Shown piece after piece: positions 58,792 to 64,000 of a stretch of DNA of 64,000 nucleotides. The notes under the pieces were generated by a model. That model was not told the DNA's origin and ran no database searches. It was given only the letters and a program-made list of their open reading frames with translations. This DNA comes from an uncultured Gemmatimonadales bacterium (lineage in GTDB: Bacteria; Gemmatimonadota; Gemmatimonadetes; Gemmatimonadales; GWC2-71-9), in NCBI GenBank assembly GCA_963730185.1, contig CAVSQW010000009.1, forward strand, positions 128,001 to 192,000, written 5' to 3'. The translations under genes and the position numbers were made by a program. How positions within the stretch are numbered: position 1 is the stretch's first letter; the number at the start of each line of letters is the position of its first letter.

Positions 58792-59523
58792 CTAGAGATC
58801 GAGCACCGTATCGAGCCCGCGCTGGAGCCCGATCAGGCCGGACACCTTGCGGATCGCCAGCAACGCCCCGCCCACGTAGGGCTCGGCGCTCTCCCCGGAG
58901 TCGTGGCGGAGACTGAGACGCTGCCCCGGCAGCCCGAAGATCACTTCGGTGCTGAGCACGAATCCGGGCACCCGAAGCGAGTGGACCCGAGCCGGGTCGC
59001 TCCCCAACCGATGAGCCAACTCCCGAGCCGTGCCGCTCGGTGCATCTTTCTTGCCAAGCTTGGCGTAGTCGACGACTTCCCAGTGGGGGAGGTGACGCGC
59101 GGCCATCTCGGCGAACCGCTGCATCAGCACCACCGTCAACGCGAAGTTGCCGCACGCCAGGACGCCGCGGCCGGCGCCGCGCGCCGCCGCTTCGATTTCG
59201 CCGTAGTCGTCCTCCGAGAGACCGGAGGTCCCGACCACCACGTGACTCCCCCGCGCGAGCGCGCTCAGGACATTGCGCTTGGCCACCTCGGGCGTGGTGT
59301 ACTCGACGAACACGTCGCAGGGCGCCGCCAGGGCCTCGGCCACGGTGGCGTGGACCCTCGCGGTCGACAGTCCGGGTTCACCCAGCGCCTCCCCCAGCGT
59401 CTGGCCGGCGTGCCGCCGTCCGACCGCGCTCGTCAGGTGCAGGTCCGGTTGGGCGGCCAGGCCACGGGCCAGGGCGGAGCCCGCCCACCCGGTCGCGCCG
59501 GCCAGACAGACGCTCAGACTCAC
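58792..59523 (-). CDS. dapB: 4-hydroxy-tetrahydrodipicolinate reductase-like protein
   Basis: GTG 59523 overlaps the corrected SDR stop; GATGWAG, VVVGTSG, NFAL, KKDAPSGTA, HSLR, RHD, GALLA; the canonical EXHH motif is absent. Confidence 0.8.
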   Translation of the reverse strand: MSLSVCLAGATGWAGSALARGLAAQPDLHLTSAVGRRHAGQTLGEALGEPGLSTARVHATVAEALAAPCDVFVEYTTPEVAKRNVLSALARGSHVVVGTSGLSEDDYGEIEAAARGAGRGVLACGNFALTVVLMQRFAEMAARHLPHWEVVDYAKLGKKDAPSGTARELAHRLGSDPARVHSLRVPGFVLSTEVIFGLPGQRLSLRHDSGESAEPYVGGALLAIRKVSGLIGLQRGLDTVLDL

Positions 59524-60276
59524 GGGTCGACTCCCAGTCCGCCGAGATACTCGAGCACCCGCTCGCGGGCACCGGCCCGGGTATAGACGTCCGGCCGGGG
59601 TGAGTCGATCACCGCCGCGATCACCGCCGCTACCTCCTCCGCGCTCTGCGAAGTAGGGGAGCGACCGGGAGTCGGGCCCACCGTGCAGGGCATTGGTACC
59701 GAATTCGGTTCGGACCACGCCCGGCGATACCAGCGAGACCTGAATACCGGGCCAGTCCTTGGCCAGCTCGGCCCGAAAGTTGGCGGTGAGCGCATTGAGG
59801 AAATGCTTGGCCCCGTTGTAGGCCGATCGAAACACGGCCAGCGGCATCCGGCCGAGCATCGACGAGACGTTGATCAGGTGCCCGGCGCCGCGCTCCTTGA
59901 AGTGCGGCAGAATCTCCTGGGTGCCGTAGAGCGCCGACTTGACGTTGACTCGGACCATCTCGTCGATGTCGCCGTCGGTCAGCTCCGATGGCAGTCGGGT
60001 GATGCCCTGCCCAACGTTGTTCACCCACACGTCGACTCGACCGAACCGGTCCAGGGATTCCCGAACCACCCGCCGGACGTCGTCCCGGCGGGTCACGTCG
60101 GCCACGATCGGGTGGGCGTTCGGCCCCGCCCGCTCGGCCACCGTTCGCAGGACCCCGTCGCGCCGGGCCACCAGCGCGACGGCGTCGCCCCGATCGACCA
60201 ACAGCGCGCCGAGCGCGGCTCCAATCCCGGCGCTCGCGCCGGTCACCACCACCACCCGCTGCTCTCGCGAAGCCAT
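59520..60276 (-). CDS. SDR family oxidoreductase, frameshift near 59652
   Basis: TGASAGIG, NNVG, NVSS, YNGAK; the likely true C-terminus SQSAEEVAAVI..PRPDVYT...GVDP* lies in ORF 59520..59795. Confidence 0.88.
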
Positions 60277-60395
60277 GCCCCAAACCTAACCAACGGGCCT
60301 CTCGGTGATCTCGGTCCGGCGCGGCCTTGCGCGGCCGGGTCGGAGGGAGCAGGGGTGGGTTCGGCAAGCTCGGAAGCATGGTCACCCTTGCGGAA

Positions 60396-60433
60396 TGATT
60401 CATACGTTTGTACTAATACAAACGTATGAATCA
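60396..60433. promoter_or_regulatory. Perfect 17-bp inverted repeat overlapping the TetR start codon; putative operator
   Basis: TGATTCATACGTTTGTA-CTAA-TACAAACGTATGAATCA. Confidence 0.85.
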
Positions 60434-61052
60434 ACCGAATGTGGCTCCAGATACTCGCGACGCCCTGGTGCAGGCAGGACGCAAGCTCTTTTCAGACAAG
60501 GGCTTCGACGGGTCGTCCGTCCGTGACATCACGGCGGCCGCCGGCGCCAATCTGGGCGCCATCACCTATCATTTCGGCAGCAAGGAAGGACTCTACGAGG
60601 CGGTCGTGAGCTCGACGATTGCGCCCCTTGCCGAGCGCCTCCTGGCGACGGTCGGCGGCCCGGGCGACCCGCTCGACCGGGTGGAGGGCGTGGTTCGCGA
60701 GTACTTCGCCTACCTGATGGACCACCCGGAGATGCCCCGCCTCTTCATTCGGAGCCTGCTGGCGAGCGGGATGCCGCCGGCTCCTGCTCAGGAGCATCTC
60801 AAGCGAGTGCTCGCCGCCCTGATCGGTCTGATTCGTGAGGGGCAGGCGACGGGGCGGGTCCGGCCGGGGCCTCCCGCCCTGATGGCACTCGGCCTGATGT
60901 CGCACTCGCTCCATCTCACCATCATGCGCCCGGCGCTGGCCCGCATGGCCGGCTTCGACCTCGACGATCCAACCCAACGAGGGATCGCGCTCGATCACAT
61001 CGTGCGCACGGTGCGGGGCGGCTTGGCCCTGCGCCAGGAAGGACCGGCATGA
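60426..61052 (+). CDS. TetR family regulator (CecR/YbiH-like) of the efflux operon
   Basis: TRDALVQAGRKLFSDKGFDGSSVRDITAAAGANLGAITYHFGSKEGLY. Confidence 0.95.
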   Translation: MNQPNVAPDTRDALVQAGRKLFSDKGFDGSSVRDITAAAGANLGAITYHFGSKEGLYEAVVSSTIAPLAERLLATVGGPGDPLDRVEGVVREYFAYLMDHPEMPRLFIRSLLASGMPPAPAQEHLKRVLAALIGLIREGQATGRVRPGPPALMALGLMSHSLHLTIMRPALARMAGFDLDDPTQRGIALDHIVRTVRGGLALRQEGPA

Positions 61053-62377
61053 CTTCCCAGACCCTTTCCTGTCTGCTCACTCTGGCCCTGGCCGTGCCGC
61101 TGTCGGCGCAGGCGCCCGCTCTTCGGCTGGGCGACGCGGTGAAGCAGGCTCTGGCGACTCACCCGACGGTCGCGGCCGGCGCCGCGGCGACCGGCAGCGC
61201 CCGAGCCGCGGTCCGCCAGGCACGGTCGACCTGGCTCCCTAACGCGTCGCTGGACGCCAACGCGAGCCGGTTCGGCGACCCGATGGTGGTCGCGCCGCTC
61301 CATGGCTTCGACCTCATGAGCCCGCCGATCTTCGACCGGACGCTCTGGCAGGCGGGCCTGAACGTGTCCTGGTCGCTGTTCGATCCGGCCCGGAGCGACC
61401 GGATCGGGGTCGCGCAGGCGCAGGTGTCGATGGCCGAAGCGGGCGACGAGGCGATCCTGGAGTCGCTGACCGCTCGCACCGTCGGCGCCTACCTCGAGGT
61501 CACGACCGCGCGCGATCTCGTGACCTTCCACGAGGCCCGACTGGCAGCCCTCCGTCGGGAGCGAGACCGGGCCCGGGCCTTCGTTCGCGAAGGCCGCGAT
61601 GCGCGGCTGGCCGAGATCCGGGCCAACGCGGCGCTGGCGGCGGCCGAGGCCGATCGGCTCACCGCGCTGGCCCGCCGCGACGCCGCCGAACGAGGGCTGG
61701 AGCGACTGCTCGCCCTGCCGGGCAACTCCTTGGCCGGGCGGGCCCTCGACTCGGTGCGGCTGGCGCCCGCCGACACGGTGGTGGACCGGTCGATCCTGAT
61801 CTCGACCGCCGAGGAGCGGAATCCCCAGCTCGGGCAGCTCGCCGCCCGGGTGGTGGCCGCCCGGGCGGCTCGCGCCGAGGCTCGTGCCTCGTGGTACCCG
61901 CGGCTCAACCTCGTCGGCCGGCTGACGCAGTACGGGTCGGCTCAAGGGACGGCCAGCACGGAATGGCAGGGTGGGGTGGCACTGAGCTATCCCCTGTTCA
62001 CCGGTGGGGCCCGACCGGCCGGGGTGGATCGAGCCGGCGCCGAGTTGGCGGCGGCGGAAGCCAACGCCGACGCGGCCCGTCGCGACGTGGGCGACGCCGT
62101 AGACCGAGCGCTGTCGGGTTATGTGGCCGCGAAGGGCCGGGTCGACGCGCTGGCGGCGGCCGCGGAGCAGGCCCTGGAAGTCACTCGGATCGAACGCCTG
62201 GCCCTCGAGCAGGGCGCCGGCGTCCAAACCGACTATCTCACGGCGGAAGCGGACTTGCTTCGAGCCCGCGCGAGTCTGGGCGAAGCCCGGGCGGCGCTGG
62301 TCGACGCCCGGGTCGAACTCGCGCGCCTCACCGGCGACCTCTCGCCGGAGTGGCTGGCCGCGCATCTGGAGTCCTGA
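61049..62377 (+). CDS. TolC family outer membrane efflux protein
   Basis: Signal peptide; duplicated repeat (ARSTWLPN/ARASWYPR, WSLFD/YPLFTGG); Ala-rich helices. Confidence 0.92.
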   Translation: MTSQTLSCLLTLALAVPLSAQAPALRLGDAVKQALATHPTVAAGAAATGSARAAVRQARSTWLPNASLDANASRFGDPMVVAPLHGFDLMSPPIFDRTLWQAGLNVSWSLFDPARSDRIGVAQAQVSMAEAGDEAILESLTARTVGAYLEVTTARDLVTFHEARLAALRRERDRARAFVREGRDARLAEIRANAALAAAEADRLTALARRDAAERGLERLLALPGNSLAGRALDSVRLAPADTVVDRSILISTAEERNPQLGQLAARVVAARAARAEARASWYPRLNLVGRLTQYGSAQGTASTEWQGGVALSYPLFTGGARPAGVDRAGAELAAAEANADAARRDVGDAVDRALSGYVAAKGRVDALAAAAEQALEVTRIERLALEQGAGVQTDYLTAEADLLRARASLGEARAALVDARVELARLTGDLSPEWLAAHLES

Positions 62378-62380
62378 ACC

Positions 62381-63373
62381 ATGAACAAGCGAATCGGCAT
62401 TGCGGTGGTGGTGGTCGTCCTGGTGGCGATCGGAGCGTGGGCCCTCTTCGGGCGGGGGAACGGGGCCCCGGACCAGCTCGCCGCCTCGGGCACCGTCGAG
62501 GCGACCGACGCCGACCTCGGCTTCCAGACCGGGGGGCGGATCGGCGAGATCCTGGTTCGCGAGGGCGACCGGGTCGACTCCGGGCAGGTGCTGGCGCGGC
62601 TCGACGTCCGCGACCTCGACGCCCGCCGAGCCCAGGCCGAGGCGCAGCTCACGGCGCAGCAGGCCAGGCTGTCGGAGTTGCACCGCGGGGCCCGTCCGGA
62701 AGAGTTGGCCCAGGCCGAGGCCGGCGCGATGGCGGCCGAACAGCAGCGAGTCGAAGCCGAGCGGGTAGCCCGTCGGTCGAAGAACCTGTTCGAGGGCGAC
62801 GCCCTGAGCCGGGAGCAGCTTGACCAGGCCGAGACCGCGCTCGACGTGGCCACCCAGCGAGCCCGGCAGGCGGCCGACCAGCTCAAGCTGGTGAAGCAAG
62901 GTCCGCGGGCCGAACAGATCGCGGCCCAGCGGGCCGCGGTCCGGAGCGCCGAGGCCGCGGTCTCCCAGGTCGAGGTGGCCCTGGCCTACGCCGAGGTGCG
63001 GGCGCCCTTCGCCGGCATCGTCACGGTTCGCCACCGGGAGCCGGGGGAGACGGTGGGTCCCGGTCTCCCGGTCCTCACCATCATGAACCCCGACGACCGC
63101 TGGGTCCGGATCTACGTCCGGGAAGATCGGGTTGGCCAGGTGTCGCTCGGGCAGAACGCCACGATTCGCACCGACAGCTACGCGGACTCCACCTTCGGCG
63201 GCCGGGTCCGCTACGTGGCCAGCGAAGCCGAGTTCACCCCCCGGAACGTGCAGACCACCGAGGAGCGGCTCAAGCTGGTCTACGCTGTGAAAGTGGGCAT
63301 TACCGGCGACGCCGGCCTGGCGCTCAAACCCGGGATGCCGGCCGACGTGACCCTGGCTGCTGCCGCCCAATGA
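62381..63373 (+). CDS. HlyD family membrane fusion protein (YbhG-like)
   Basis: N-terminal TM, SGTVEA, GGRI.EILVREGD.V, APFAGIV, EAEFTPRNVQT, LKPGMPADV. Confidence 0.94.
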   Translation: MNKRIGIAVVVVVLVAIGAWALFGRGNGAPDQLAASGTVEATDADLGFQTGGRIGEILVREGDRVDSGQVLARLDVRDLDARRAQAEAQLTAQQARLSELHRGARPEELAQAEAGAMAAEQQRVEAERVARRSKNLFEGDALSREQLDQAETALDVATQRARQAADQLKLVKQGPRAEQIAAQRAAVRSAEAAVSQVEVALAYAEVRAPFAGIVTVRHREPGETVGPGLPVLTIMNPDDRWVRIYVREDRVGQVSLGQNATIRTDSYADSTFGGRVRYVASEAEFTPRNVQTTEERLKLVYAVKVGITGDAGLALKPGMPADVTLAAAAQ

Positions 63374-64000
63374 CCGATCGGACGCCGATCATCGTCCTGG
63401 ACCGGCTCACCCGGCGGTTCGGCGACACCGTGGCCGTCGACGGGTTGACCCTGTCGATCGGTCAGGGGGAGCTGTTCGGCATCGTGGGTCCCGACGGCGC
63501 CGGCAAGACCACCACCCTCCGGATGCTCGCCGGCGTGCTCCCACCGTCGTCCGGCGACGCCACCCTTCGGGGCCAGAGCATCGCGCGCGATCCCGAACGG
63601 GTCAAGCCGCACATCGCCTACATGGCGCAGCGGTTCGGTCTGTACGAGGACCTGACGGTCGAGGAGAACATCCTCTTCTACGCCGATCTCTACCGGGTGC
63701 CGCGGCGCGAGCGGCCGGCCCGGCTCGAGCGCCTCTATGGGTTCAGCCGCCTGGGTGAGTTCCGCGGCCGGCTGGCGGGTGCGCTGTCCGGCGGGATGAA
63801 ACAGAAGCTGGCCCTGAGCTGCTCGCTCATCCATACCCCCGAGATCCTCCTGCTCGACGAGCCGACCTTCGGAGTGGACCCGATCTCCCGGCGTGACCTC
63901 TGGCTGATTCTCCACGAGATGGTCGCGGAGGGCGTGACCGTGGTCGTGAGCACCTCGTACCTGGACGAGGCGGAGCGGTGCGATCGGGTCGTCCTGTTGC
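63370..64000 (+). CDS. ABC transporter ATP-binding protein (YbhF-like), runs off the right edge of the window
   Basis: Manual translation from ATG 63370: GPDGAGKTT Walker A, LSGGMKQK, LLLDEPTFGVDP, STSYLDEAERCD. Confidence 0.95.
   Translation, partial: MTDRTPIIVLDRLTRRFGDTVAVDGLTLSIGQGELFGIVGPDGAGKTTTLRMLAGVLPPSSGDATLRGQSIARDPERVKPHIAYMAQRFGLYEDLTVEENILFYADLYRVPRRERPARLERLYGFSRLGEFRGRLAGALSGGMKQKLALSCSLIHTPEILLLDEPTFGVDPISRRDLWLILHEMVAEGVTVVVSTSYLDEAERCDRVVLL

Noticed and set aside
58792..60276. Novel SDR-DapB fusion protein (494 aa)
   Set aside because: One extra base near 59652 explains it: the natural SDR C-terminus is in the neighbouring frame and its stop overlaps the dapB-like GTG start.

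Overview
A high-GC (about 70% by eye), gene-dense bacterial chromosome segment. The gene content (three ADOP-type duplicated ABC permeases, a PadR-ADOP pair, a GWxTD-like protein, a Tat-exported DsrE-like protein, many signal-peptide hydrolases) suggests Gemmatimonadota or a similar soil lineage; this taxonomy is an inference. About 50 CDSs are supported: exported hydrolases (M20, MBL, S9, amidohydrolases, class A- and C-type serine hydrolases, M28, CocE/NonD, PafA-type phosphatase), korAB, a DinB-KirBac-VOC operon, an M16 protease, an SLC13 transporter, cutC, a GMC oxidoreductase pair, a TonB-dependent receptor, a TetR-MFS-MDR-CoA ligase operon, a PQQ dehydrogenase, a dapB-like gene and a TetR-TolC-HlyD-ABC efflux operon. 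I saw no rRNA, tRNA, CRISPR array, transposase or integrase. Five genes carry single-base frameshifts (about 8 in the GMC gene alone) that look like long-read consensus errors. Most interesting observations: a CxxCH motif in a short loop of the lipoprotein PQQ dehydrogenase plus a 3' remnant of a lost paralog; a shared ECF-sigma-like promoter before the two ADOP genes not co-transcribed with padR; a translationally coupled DinB-Kir channel-VOC unit; an exported kinase-fold protein divergent from an exported phosphatase; a DUF433-zinc finger fusion; and an MphR(A)-like repressor with no macrolide kinase nearby. All family calls come from motif recognition by eye, not database searches.
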